DNA of 41,779 bases. Source: Candidatus Woesearchaeota archaeon. GTDB lineage: Archaea; Nanobdellota; Nanobdellia; Woesearchaeales; UBA525. Every line of letters starts with the position of its first letter. The first letter of the stretch is position 1. A program made the position numbers and the translations under genes. Location of the stretch: NCBI GenBank assembly GCA_018221165.1, contig JAAOYD010000033.1, forward strand, positions 1 through 41,779, given 5' to 3'. Positions 18,475 through 26,499 of this stretch are shown here, piece by piece. The notes under the pieces were generated by a model. That model was not told the origin of the DNA. It searched no databases and saw only the letters and a program-made list of their open reading frames with translations.

Positions 18475-18531
18475 AAAAAATGTGGAGCTTGGTTTTCTGA
18501 ATGAAATAGTTTCTGAAAGGGTTTAAAAGCC

Positions 18532-18987
18532 TTACTCAATGAGCAACTTGATTCGCTCTGGGTCGTACTTCCAGTCAGCCGGTAATCGCTCTGTTTTTTT
18601 GTAGTACTTGGCGAGGCGCATAATCTTGCTCTCAGTCAATTGCAGTCCGCGCTTGCCTGGCATGTCCTTCTTGTTCTCATCCATGTGCTTGCGGATGAGG
18701 ACAGCCTTGCGCATAAGCGCCATGATGTCGTCCGGCAGTTCTTGCTGGAGCTTCTTGTCCTTGAGAATCATACTGATGCTCTTGCCAGTGACGAGCTTGA
18801 TGCTCGGAACGCCATACTCGTCTCGGAGCATGATACCAATCTGGCTGGCGGTCTTGCCTTCCTTTGCCTGTTTGATGACGAGCATTTCGACTTCTTTGGG
18901 CTTCAAAGAGAGCCAGCTCGGTTTCTTCAAGACGGCCGGTCTGGTCGAGCCGCTCTTTCCTTTCTTTCGTGAATGCATTCGTGCCAT
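18532..18987 (-). CDS. rps15: 30S ribosomal protein uS15 (archaeal S15P / eukaryotic S13e type)
   Basis: MARMHSRKKGKSGSTRP... is the typical archaeal S15 N-terminus. 151 aa. aggtga lies about 7 nt upstream of ATG 18987. The ORF-track start at 19032 is probably too long. Confidence 0.9.
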   Translation of the reverse strand: MARMHSRKKGKSGSTRPAVLKKPSWLSLKPKEVEMLVIKQAKEGKTASQIGIMLRDEYGVPSIKLVTGKSISMILKDKKLQQELPDDIMALMRKAVLIRKHMDENKKDMPGKRGLQLTESKIMRLAKYYKKTERLPADWKYDPERIKLLIE

Positions 18988-19147
18988 GGTTTCACCTGTG
19001 GACGGATAAAGGGATGGAGAATCTCTCCGCATCCAGTGAACGGAAGCTTACACCGCCGTTCCTCTCCGCGATAATGCCTGAGAACAATGGTTTGTTTATA
19101 AAGCTTGCTCTTGTGAGAGTGCAACCCCTGAACGCAAGTGAGGACGC

Positions 19148-19873
19148 TTACTGGTCAAGATGCGCTGGGCGGGTATATGCTCTTCCTTTTCGTTCTGGAC
19201 GTGCAGGGTCAAGCATACGTTCAGATAAAGGAACGTGTTGGACTCTTTCAGCATACAGGGTTGTGGGTTCTGGAATGACATGTATGAACGGCTTGACAGC
19301 CCACTCAGGTTGGTTAGGATGGTGGTTTGTTACCTCATCTCTCCATTGGTTCAGCAGCCTGAGATCAAGTCCGATGAAGATTGCTCCTTGCTCGGTGAAG
19401 GGGATACTATAACCATTAATGAGAATCGGCCGAGGTGCTGTATAGGAGGTAATTGTCCAAGCCCAGTCCCTGTAGCCTTCGACGTTGGAGACTCCCGCTT
19501 TCTTGTCGTCTCGCCAATGCTGAGGCATGAGTCTCAGGTGACGTGGAGGGTGGATACTACCATCCATATGGATGACTGCGATGTCGTCGAGGACTGGCCT
19601 TCCTTTCGGCGCTCGGAACACCCCTTTTTGATATGATTCTTTGTTGAAGTTTATACGATAGCTCTGTTCATAGAGCAAACCAAGTGCTGTACCGAGCTCA
19701 GTAATAACTGCTGACAAGCGTTCTAGGTCAAGATGGTGGGTGCCAAGAACAACGGAGCAAAGTTCTTCGCCAATAGTGTTCGAACGTTTTCTGAGAGCAT
19801 TCAATGGCTCGTTCGGCCAAGAGAAAGTGAATTCATGACTAGGCTGCATAGTAGCCGCTTCATACGCCCCCAT
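19148..19873 (-). CDS. Hypothetical protein
   Basis: 241-aa ORF directly downstream of the helicase fragment. No family recognised. Confidence 0.45.
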   Translation of the reverse strand: MGAYEAATMQPSHEFTFSWPNEPLNALRKRSNTIGEELCSVVLGTHHLDLERLSAVITELGTALGLLYEQSYRINFNKESYQKGVFRAPKGRPVLDDIAVIHMDGSIHPPRHLRLMPQHWRDDKKAGVSNVEGYRDWAWTITSYTAPRPILINGYSIPFTEQGAIFIGLDLRLLNQWRDEVTNHHPNQPEWAVKPFIHVIPEPTTLYAERVQHVPLSERMLDPARPERKGRAYTRPAHLDQ

Positions 19874-19909
19874 AAGTTTTAGGAATCCCGTTAGGCTTAA
19901 AAGATTATC

Positions 19910-21475
19910 CTAGAAATCTCCCATGCTTTTCTGACCTTTCCTTTTCCCTGTTTTCACAGCAACTTTCCCCATATCTTGCCCGACTTGCTTCTTCACGTTG
20001 AGGGCAACAGCCTTACCGAGGAGTTGCGAGAGTGAAGTGTAGTCAATCTTCTTCACGTCCTCCAGCGTCTTAATGCGAGCGTTGTACATCTTCCTTGCTC
20101 GCACCCGGCCAATGCCTCGAAGCTTCAGCAACGGCAACAGTTCCGCTTTCGCGCCATGCTTCAACCGCAGCCGCATCTTCGCCAAGGGCGTCCTGAACAT
20201 CTGGTAATTAAGGATGCGCGCTAGTTCCTCGGTAGCGTATACCAACCAGTCTGCACGTTCCAATTTCGACCGTACTTCACCGGGTGCGATGCCGAGTTTC
20301 TCGAGGAGCATGTCCTCACCGACTTCATCCACCCAATCTTGGAAGAACAACGCAGTTTTCAAAGTCATGAGAAACTCGTCGTATTCCTCAGAATACTGCA
20401 CTGGTTCCAACGCGAGCAATTCTGAAGAATAGGGGTTCGTTTGTTCCATAATCTCATCAAGTTCGCGGACGCGTGGACGCAGCAACGGCCGTAGTTCTAA
20501 ACAGCTGCTAATCATATGCAAAATAGCAAAGTCATGCATGCCTTTCTCCGTCGCCCGTTTCAAGCAGGTAATCAAGAAATGAGCAGTATAAGGATCCAAA
20601 TACAGTTCCGCTATGCGTTTCCCGACGAGCGTCGCCTCGAGCTTGCCGTCGCGTACCTCATTCGCTGCAATGAACTCATCAGTGTTGCTCGCGACTTTCA
20701 GGAATTCCCATTCGTCGAGCTTGGCAACCATAGCATCCAAAATACTGTTGAGTTTGTGTGTGTCGCCGTATTGCTTGGCGTAGAAGGTCTTGCTGAAGAA
20801 CTCATAGAGGCCTTCGTGGGTAGTAATGAACTCTGCGGCGATGAGACTCAAAACATACGTCCGTAGTACTGGTTCAACAGCGAGCTTCGAATAAATCTCT
20901 TCTGGTTCACCATTGATGTACATCTCAGTGCGCGCTTCTTTCTGGTCTTTTGTCTCGGCGAGGATAATCGCTTCTCCCCATTTCTCCATGCCAGGACGAC
21001 CAGCTCGGCCAGCCATCTGGTGGTATTCGAGGACAGGAATATCAACCATGCCTCTACCACTGAAGCGTTTCAAGTCTCTAATGATGACGCGGAAGGCAGG
21101 CATGTCGAGGCCCATGGCTAAGGTGGGCGTGCAGCAGATGATCTTGACAATTCCTTTCCTAAAATTCTCTTCTATCAATGCCCGCTGTTTTGAATGCAGT
21201 CCTGCGTGGTGAAAGGCTGTACCTTTCTGCAAACAGCGAGCGAGTCGCTTGCATTGCTTGGTCGGGTTCGGCAGGGTCTTCAAGGCCTTCTCAGCGAGGT
21301 TCAGCAAGTCGGCGCTCTGATTCTTCACTTTCCCAGCTACTCGCTCAGCCTGCGACTCAGCACCACGTTTCGTGCTGCAGAACACCAGGGCTTGCTTGTT
21401 CTTGCCAAGCGTGTCGAGACAGATGTTGATGACCGCGTCGTTACTCGGAGCGTTAATCTCTACTACCTTGCCCAT
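19910..21475 (-). CDS. Hel308/Ski2-like helicase, C-terminal portion only (RecA2, winged-helix, ratchet and HhH domains)
   Basis: Begins at the RecA2 domain (QALVFCSTKRGAE). Motifs HHAGL, TPTLAMGLDMPA and QMAGRAGRPG (motif VI) are present, plus a C-terminal helix-hairpin-helix (LKLRGIGRVRARKMYNA). Walker A, DExH and SAT motifs are absent. Confidence 0.85.
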   Translation of the reverse strand: MGKVVEINAPSNDAVINICLDTLGKNKQALVFCSTKRGAESQAERVAGKVKNQSADLLNLAEKALKTLPNPTKQCKRLARCLQKGTAFHHAGLHSKQRALIEENFRKGIVKIICCTPTLAMGLDMPAFRVIIRDLKRFSGRGMVDIPVLEYHQMAGRAGRPGMEKWGEAIILAETKDQKEARTEMYINGEPEEIYSKLAVEPVLRTYVLSLIAAEFITTHEGLYEFFSKTFYAKQYGDTHKLNSILDAMVAKLDEWEFLKVASNTDEFIAANEVRDGKLEATLVGKRIAELYLDPYTAHFLITCLKRATEKGMHDFAILHMISSCLELRPLLRPRVRELDEIMEQTNPYSSELLALEPVQYSEEYDEFLMTLKTALFFQDWVDEVGEDMLLEKLGIAPGEVRSKLERADWLVYATEELARILNYQMFRTPLAKMRLRLKHGAKAELLPLLKLRGIGRVRARKMYNARIKTLEDVKKIDYTSLSQLLGKAVALNVKKQVGQDMGKVAVKTGKRKGQKSMGDF

Positions 21476-21613
21476 GAGCGAATGGGGAGAAGAAGTCCTT
21501 ATAAGGGTTTTTAGGGCGTGACCAGTGAGTAAGCTTTATAAACCGATTTGGGTCTCTGGCAAAGAGTTGCCTCCGGTTGACTGTCAAGCGGAGGCTGAGA
21601 ACATAGTGACCCT

Positions 21614-21688
21614 GCCTCTGTAGCTTAGTCTGGTTCGAGCGGTCGGCTGTTAACCGACAGGTCCCCGGTTCAAATCCGGGCGGAGGCG
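21614..21688 (+). tRNA. tRNA-Asn (anticodon GTT)
   Basis: Folded by hand. Acceptor GCCTCTG/CGGAGGC (one G-U pair), anticodon arm GTCGG-CTGTTAA-CCGAC, T arm CCCGG-TTCAAAT-CCGGG, discriminator G, no encoded CCA. Confidence 0.9.
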
Positions 21689-21740
21689 TATTTCTTCTTT
21701 CCAATAAGTTTTATAAACAAATTATCACTTCTGAGTAGTT

Positions 21741-22514
21741 ATGACATTCCGTACTCCTCCTGAGCTCGTTGAACTCTGGGGTGATTTCATCGGTCCGTAC
21801 GAACAACGTGTGGAGACATGCGGCAAGCACGTGGAAGCTATCGTACGACGGCTCAGATGCAAAACTGTTCTTGATAACGCTGCAGGCACTGGTTATGAAG
21901 TGCAATATCTAGACGAGCAAGGAATACCTATTGATGTCAATGAGATAGATGACAGTTTTAGAAAAAAAAGTGAAGAGCGATTCAAAGGAACAAGCGTCAG
22001 AGTTTTTGATAGTGACTGGCGCGAGATGGCATATACTATTCCAAAAGGATACGACTTAGAGATGTGTCTCGGCAACAACCTCACTTATCTCCACGACCGA
22101 GAGGAACAGCTCAAGGCCTTGCAGAATATGCGAGCAGTTTTGAACAATCCAGGAGCGTTGCTCATCGATCACAGGAATTACGATAAGATACTAGAGCTTG
22201 TCGAGGAAGACCCTGGTTTCACATCAAGACCATTAGATAATCATAATATCTACACAGGCGATCTCGTTACAGTTACACCACGCATTGTCACACCTGAGAA
22301 CGTTCGCCTCCATTACCAACACACCGAGAAACCAATCGAGGAATATCTCAACCTCTATCCGTTCGGATTCAAAGAATTCAGAGAGCTTTTGCGCGAAGTA
22401 GGTTTTGAAACGGTTGAATCGTTCGCCAACTGGGAGCCTATAACTGATTTAGAAGATTTCAATCCACTCACTCTCGACGAGAACACCTTTTTCCAGCATC
22501 TCGCTCATAAATAG
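21741..22514 (+). CDS. Class I SAM-dependent methyltransferase (glycine/sarcosine N-methyltransferase-like)
   Basis: VLDNAAGTGYEVQYLDEQG is motif I, followed by the acidic loop VNEIDDS. 257 aa. The substrate call is only a resemblance. Confidence 0.7.
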   Translation: MTFRTPPELVELWGDFIGPYEQRVETCGKHVEAIVRRLRCKTVLDNAAGTGYEVQYLDEQGIPIDVNEIDDSFRKKSEERFKGTSVRVFDSDWREMAYTIPKGYDLEMCLGNNLTYLHDREEQLKALQNMRAVLNNPGALLIDHRNYDKILELVEEDPGFTSRPLDNHNIYTGDLVTVTPRIVTPENVRLHYQHTEKPIEEYLNLYPFGFKEFRELLREVGFETVESFANWEPITDLEDFNPLTLDENTFFQHLAHK

Positions 22515-22556
22515 CTAGAGCATCGCGCCAAGACAAATCTTGCCTTGAGTTGAAAC

Positions 22557-22916
22557 CTATTTCAGGAACTTCACACCTTTCATCCCCTTAAAGGCTTGGT
22601 CGCCGGTGACAAAAGGAATCTTTTGCTCTTGGGCAAAGGTATACCCTAAAGCATCAGCATAGGAAAGGTTCTTCGCCTTCATCTCTCGTCGAAATTGCAT
22701 TGCTTCAGGAATAAGTGCTTTCGGCAACGAGGTAGCAATAGTAGATAACTGCATGTGAAAATGATTGGCAGTCTTTTTGTTGTAGAGCCTAAGAAGATGA
22801 TAATAGAGTTCTGCAAGCTGGAAGTCAAGGGTTATGATATCATCAGTAAGTAGGGGCGCTTCTCCTTGGACCAACCGGATAAGTGCATAGGTATCGAGAA
22901 AGTCCATCAGTCCCAC
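22557..22916 (-). CDS. vapC: PIN-domain toxin VapC
   Basis: N-terminal LDTYALI acidic motif, C-terminal FVTGDQAF. 119 aa. It overlaps the upstream antitoxin gene by 10 nt. Confidence 0.85.
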   Translation of the reverse strand: MGLMDFLDTYALIRLVQGEAPLLTDDIITLDFQLAELYYHLLRLYNKKTANHFHMQLSTIATSLPKALIPEAMQFRREMKAKNLSYADALGYTFAQEQKIPFVTGDQAFKGMKGVKFLK

Positions 22917-23155
22917 TTACTCCGCATCTCTTCTTTAATCAGCTTCATAAAATCTCGCAATGGCATACCCGCACGCTCCTCTATATCTGGCAAAGCTCCA
23001 TAAACGTTTGCCAACTTGAATTTGGGTCGTATCTCTATTTCAACAGTCTGCCCTATCTCAATGCCGAAGGCTTTCGCCTCTGCCTTCGGCAGAATGAGAC
23101 CCAGACTCTGGCCCCAGGGCTTGACTGTCGCTTTAAAGCTCATCGTCCGCTCCAT
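22907..23155 (-). CDS. vapB: AbrB/SpoVT-type antitoxin VapB
   Basis: VKPWGQSLGLILPKAEAKAFGIEIGQTVEIEI is an AbrB swapped-hairpin domain. Confidence 0.8.
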   Translation of the reverse strand: MERTMSFKATVKPWGQSLGLILPKAEAKAFGIEIGQTVEIEIRPKFKLANVYGALPDIEERAGMPLRDFMKLIKEEMRSKWD

Positions 23156-23177
23156 TAGTTAACTATTAGTTAACTAT
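23156..23177. promoter_or_regulatory. Perfect tandem 11-nt repeat (tagttaactat x2) between the TATA box and the vapB start: candidate operator
   Basis: Read directly. Each unit contains the palindrome GTTAAC. tttatata at 23180-23187 is a TATA-like box for the minus-strand vapBC. Confidence 0.5.
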
Positions 23178-23269
23178 TCTTTATATACTTTATGTTTATT
23201 CTTGGCAATAAGTGTCTTACTGAGAAAAAAACGGAGAATATTCAAGAGAGAAAAGTGTTTTCCGAAAAA

Positions 23270-24442
23270 TCACAACCCCGCATCCTTCTTCAACGCATCA
23301 GCCTTCTCCGTGCTTTCCCAGGAGAAGCCGCCGTCTTTCTCAGGGTCTCGTCCGAAGTGACCGTAGGCAGCAGTCCTGCGATAAATAGGCTTCTTCAAAC
23401 CGAGACTGTCAATGATACCTTTCGGCGTCAAATCAAAGTTCTTCTTCACAACCGCGACAATCTTCTCTTCATCAACAGTATGAGTCCCAAACGTATCCAC
23501 ATTAATCGAGGTCGGTTGCGCGACGCCAATAGCATAACTCAATTGGACTTCGCACTTCGTCGCCAATCCAGCAGCAACGATGTTCTTCGCCACCCAGCGA
23601 GCAGCGTAGGCAGCGCTCCGGTCGACCTTTGATGGGTCCTTGCCTGAAAACGCGCCACCACCATGCCGACCGACACCACCATAGGTGTCGACGATAATCT
23701 TCCTGCCAGTCACTCCGGCGTCTCCTTCCGGACCACCGATGACAAACCGTCCAGTGGGATTGATATGATACTTAGTCTCAGCGTCAAGGTATTCTTTGCA
23801 GACTGGAGTGATCACTTTTTCCTTGATTTCTTTCCGCAACTCATCCAATTCTTTCGAGACGAGGTGCTGTGTGCTAATGACCACAGCAGTAATCCGTTTC
23901 GGTACACCATCGTGATACTCTACTGAGACTTGACTCTTCCCGTCGGGGCCGATGTCTTTGATTTCTCCCTTCTTGCGCACTTGCGCGAGTCGGTGCGTGA
24001 GCTTGTGTGCCAGGATAATCGGCAGAGGCATCAAGTCGTCAGTTTCGTCGCAGGCAAAACCATACATCATTCCTTGGTCGCCAGCTCCTTGCTCCTTGTC
24101 ATCACCTTTTCCTTCGTCGACGCCTTGGGAGATATCAGGTGATTGTTCATGGATGGCGCTCAAGACAGCTGCATCTCCTGAGTCAATACCAAATTCGGGA
24201 TTGGTGTAGCCAATTTCTTTAAGCGTCTTCCGGGCAACTTTCTGAATATCAACATATCCTTTCGTCGTGACTTCGCCAGCGACGACAATCATGCCTGTCT
24301 TGGTGAGACATTCAACCGCGACGCGGCTGTTTGGGTCTTGTTCGAACAGGTTATCCAAGATTGCATCGCTCACTTGGTCACAAATTTTATCGGGGTGCCC
24401 TTCGGTGACGCTTTCGGAAGTAACATAGGTTATTTTTGCCAT
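23270..24442 (-). CDS. metK: S-adenosylmethionine synthetase, bacterial/eukaryotic MetK type
   Basis: [34 protein letters not shown] and [19 protein letters not shown] motifs. Confidence 0.95.
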   Translation of the reverse strand: MAKITYVTSESVTEGHPDKICDQVSDAILDNLFEQDPNSRVAVECLTKTGMIVVAGEVTTKGYVDIQKVARKTLKEIGYTNPEFGIDSGDAAVLSAIHEQSPDISQGVDEGKGDDKEQGAGDQGMMYGFACDETDDLMPLPIILAHKLTHRLAQVRKKGEIKDIGPDGKSQVSVEYHDGVPKRITAVVISTQHLVSKELDELRKEIKEKVITPVCKEYLDAETKYHINPTGRFVIGGPEGDAGVTGRKIIVDTYGGVGRHGGGAFSGKDPSKVDRSAAYAARWVAKNIVAAGLATKCEVQLSYAIGVAQPTSINVDTFGTHTVDEEKIVAVVKKNFDLTPKGIIDSLGLKKPIYRRTAAYGHFGRDPEKDGGFSWESTEKADALKKDAGL

Positions 24443-24528
24443 AAGTATCCCTCTGAATTATTCTACCTGTATGCGACAGAGAGTCCTTTAAAAGAATTAT
24501 GGAGAGAAAGATTCTGATAAGAATAATA

Positions 24529-25458
24529 TTAGAGCTTTTCTAATTCTTGGGTGAGTTCTTTCACGCTCTTGCCACTATGCTGCAACGCCGCTAACTCGTC
24601 ATCAGCAAGTTCCAACTCAACCACTTTTTCGACACCATCTTTACCGAGGAGGCAAGGCACACCAAGGAAGATATCCTGCAGGCCATACTGACCAGTGAGC
24701 CAAGCACTGACCGGAACAGGTTTGTCAGAGTCAGTGAGCAGTGCATGGAGCACCTCGTAAATCGCTCCGCCAACGGCGAAGTAGGCGCTCCCGTTGCCAA
24801 GGAGTTTGACAATCTCCGCACCGCCGTGCTTGGTGCGTTCCTCAATAGCGGTAATCGTCTCAGCGTCGAGAACTTTAGAGAGTGGTTTTCCCTCGACAAA
24901 AGCGTGTCGGGAGAGCGGCACCATCAAATCCCCGTGACCACCAAGCACCATCGCGTCTATCTTTCTAGGACTGACGCTAGCTTTCTCAGAGATGAACGTC
25001 TTGTATCGTGTAGTATCAAGAGTGCCAGCCATACCAATGACTTTCTTCTTGTCATACCCTGATTCTTTCGCGGCAAGATAAGTCATGGCGTCCAACGGAT
25101 TCGAAACAATAAGTAAAACTGCATCAGGGGTGTGCTTCTTCACCTTCGCCACGACATCTTTCATGATCTTCGCGTTGATGGCGAGCACATCATCCCTGCT
25201 CTGGCCTGCCTTGCGCGGCACACCAGCTGTAATCACGACGACGTCGCTGCCGTCGATGAGAGCGTAATCATCACCGCCCTTAACTTTGACATCAAGACCA
25301 AAAACCCCAGTCGCTTCGTAGATGTCGAGCGCTTTCCCTTCAGTGGGCTTCGCCAGAATGTCAACGAGCGCCACCTCATCAACCAAGTCTTTCATGGCCA
25401 AGACATATGCCGCTGTGGCACCGACAAAACCAGCGCCGATAATCGAAATTTTACTCAT
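24529..25458 (-). CDS. mdh: Malate dehydrogenase (LDH-like MDH family)
   Basis: KISIIGAGFVGATAAY Rossmann motif. GVPRKAGQSRDD carries Arg at the substrate-discriminating position, which indicates MDH rather than LDH. Catalytic GGHGD is present. Confidence 0.88.
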   Translation of the reverse strand: MSKISIIGAGFVGATAAYVLAMKDLVDEVALVDILAKPTEGKALDIYEATGVFGLDVKVKGGDDYALIDGSDVVVITAGVPRKAGQSRDDVLAINAKIMKDVVAKVKKHTPDAVLLIVSNPLDAMTYLAAKESGYDKKKVIGMAGTLDTTRYKTFISEKASVSPRKIDAMVLGGHGDLMVPLSRHAFVEGKPLSKVLDAETITAIEERTKHGGAEIVKLLGNGSAYFAVGGAIYEVLHALLTDSDKPVPVSAWLTGQYGLQDIFLGVPCLLGKDGVEKVVELELADDELAALQHSGKSVKELTQELEKL

Positions 25459-25510
25459 GGCTATGAGAAGAAAGCAGCCCTTAAAATAGATTCCGACACA
25501 AAAAGGATAG

Positions 25511-25518
25511 TTTTAAAA
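25511..25518 (+). promoter_or_regulatory. TATA-like box upstream of the 2-hydroxyacid dehydrogenase gene
   Basis: ttttaaaa ends 24 nt before ATG 25543. Confidence 0.45.
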
Positions 25519-25542
25519 CAGTCTGTCCACGCGCTAGCAGTC

Positions 25543-26499
25543 ATGAAAATTGCGTTTTTCGAAGTTGACAAGCATCAGAAGGCGTACCTCAGAGAATTCT
25601 TCCCTGAAGCTAACTATGACTATGGCCTCTTGACGCCGAAGGAAGCACCGAATTTTGCTGATATCGAGGTGCTCGTCATCCGCGTGTACACACAGGTCAC
25701 GGAAGAACTGCTAAATCTGCTCCCGAAACTGAAGCTTCTGCTCACGATGTCCACAGGTATCGATCATATCGATCTCAACGCATGCAAGAAGCATGGTGTC
25801 CAAGCATGTAACGTTACAGGATACAGCGATGAGGCCGTCGCCGAGCACGTTTTCGGCCTCCTGCTCTGCCTTGCAAAGAATATCGTCTCGACCTATAATC
25901 GGGTGAAGACTGGCCAGATGAGCGACTCGCGAATAGAAGGGTACGAACTCGCAGGCAAGACACTCGGAATTGTCGGCTGTGGTGGAATCGGCATCCACGC
26001 AGCGAAGATCGCTCAAGGCTTCGGCATGAAAATACTCGTTTTCGATATCGTCAAGAACGAGAAGTGGGCGAAGAAGTACGGATTCGATTATGTCGAGTTC
26101 GATGAGTTGTTAGCACAGTCTGACGCGGTGACGCTCCACGTTCCCTACAACAAGCACACGCATCATCTCATAGACAAGAAAGCCTTGGCCAAGATGAAAG
26201 ATGGTGCTGTCCTCATCAATACCGCACGTGGGCAGATTGTCGATACGGAAGCTCTTCTCACCGCATTAGAGAACAAGACGCTCAGTGGCGCGGGGCTCGA
26301 TGTGGTCGAGGATGAGAACTTTATCGAGGACAAGCCGGTGAATGATCTGCAGAAGCACCTATTCAAAATGGAGAACGTCATCGTGACGCCGCACAATGCC
26401 TATAACAGCATTGAAGCTTTGCATCGTCGCCTAGACACCACAGTAAAGAATATCACGTCGTTCAGCGAAGGGAAAGAGCTGAATGACAAGCTGGTCTAA
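25543..26499 (+). CDS. D-isomer-specific 2-hydroxyacid dehydrogenase (NAD-binding)
   Basis: GIVGCGGIGIHAAKIAQGFGM nucleotide-binding motif, NTARG and TPHNA motifs. I chose the start at MKIAFFEV. The ORF-track extension (25132-25542) is antisense to mdh. Confidence 0.85.
   Translation: MKIAFFEVDKHQKAYLREFFPEANYDYGLLTPKEAPNFADIEVLVIRVYTQVTEELLNLLPKLKLLLTMSTGIDHIDLNACKKHGVQACNVTGYSDEAVAEHVFGLLLCLAKNIVSTYNRVKTGQMSDSRIEGYELAGKTLGIVGCGGIGIHAAKIAQGFGMKILVFDIVKNEKWAKKYGFDYVEFDELLAQSDAVTLHVPYNKHTHHLIDKKALAKMKDGAVLINTARGQIVDTEALLTALENKTLSGAGLDVVEDENFIEDKPVNDLQKHLFKMENVIVTPHNAYNSIEALHRRLDTTVKNITSFSEGKELNDKLV

Noticed and set aside
18988-19032. 15-codon N-terminal extension of rps15 given by the ORF track.
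   Set aside because: Archaeal uS15 proteins start MxRMHS, and an aggtga Shine-Dalgarno-like element precedes ATG 18987.
25132-25542. N-terminal 137-aa extension of the 2-hydroxyacid dehydrogenase ORF.
   Set aside because: It runs antisense through the mdh 5' region. A TATA-like box and the conserved N-terminus MKIAFFEV support the start at 25543.
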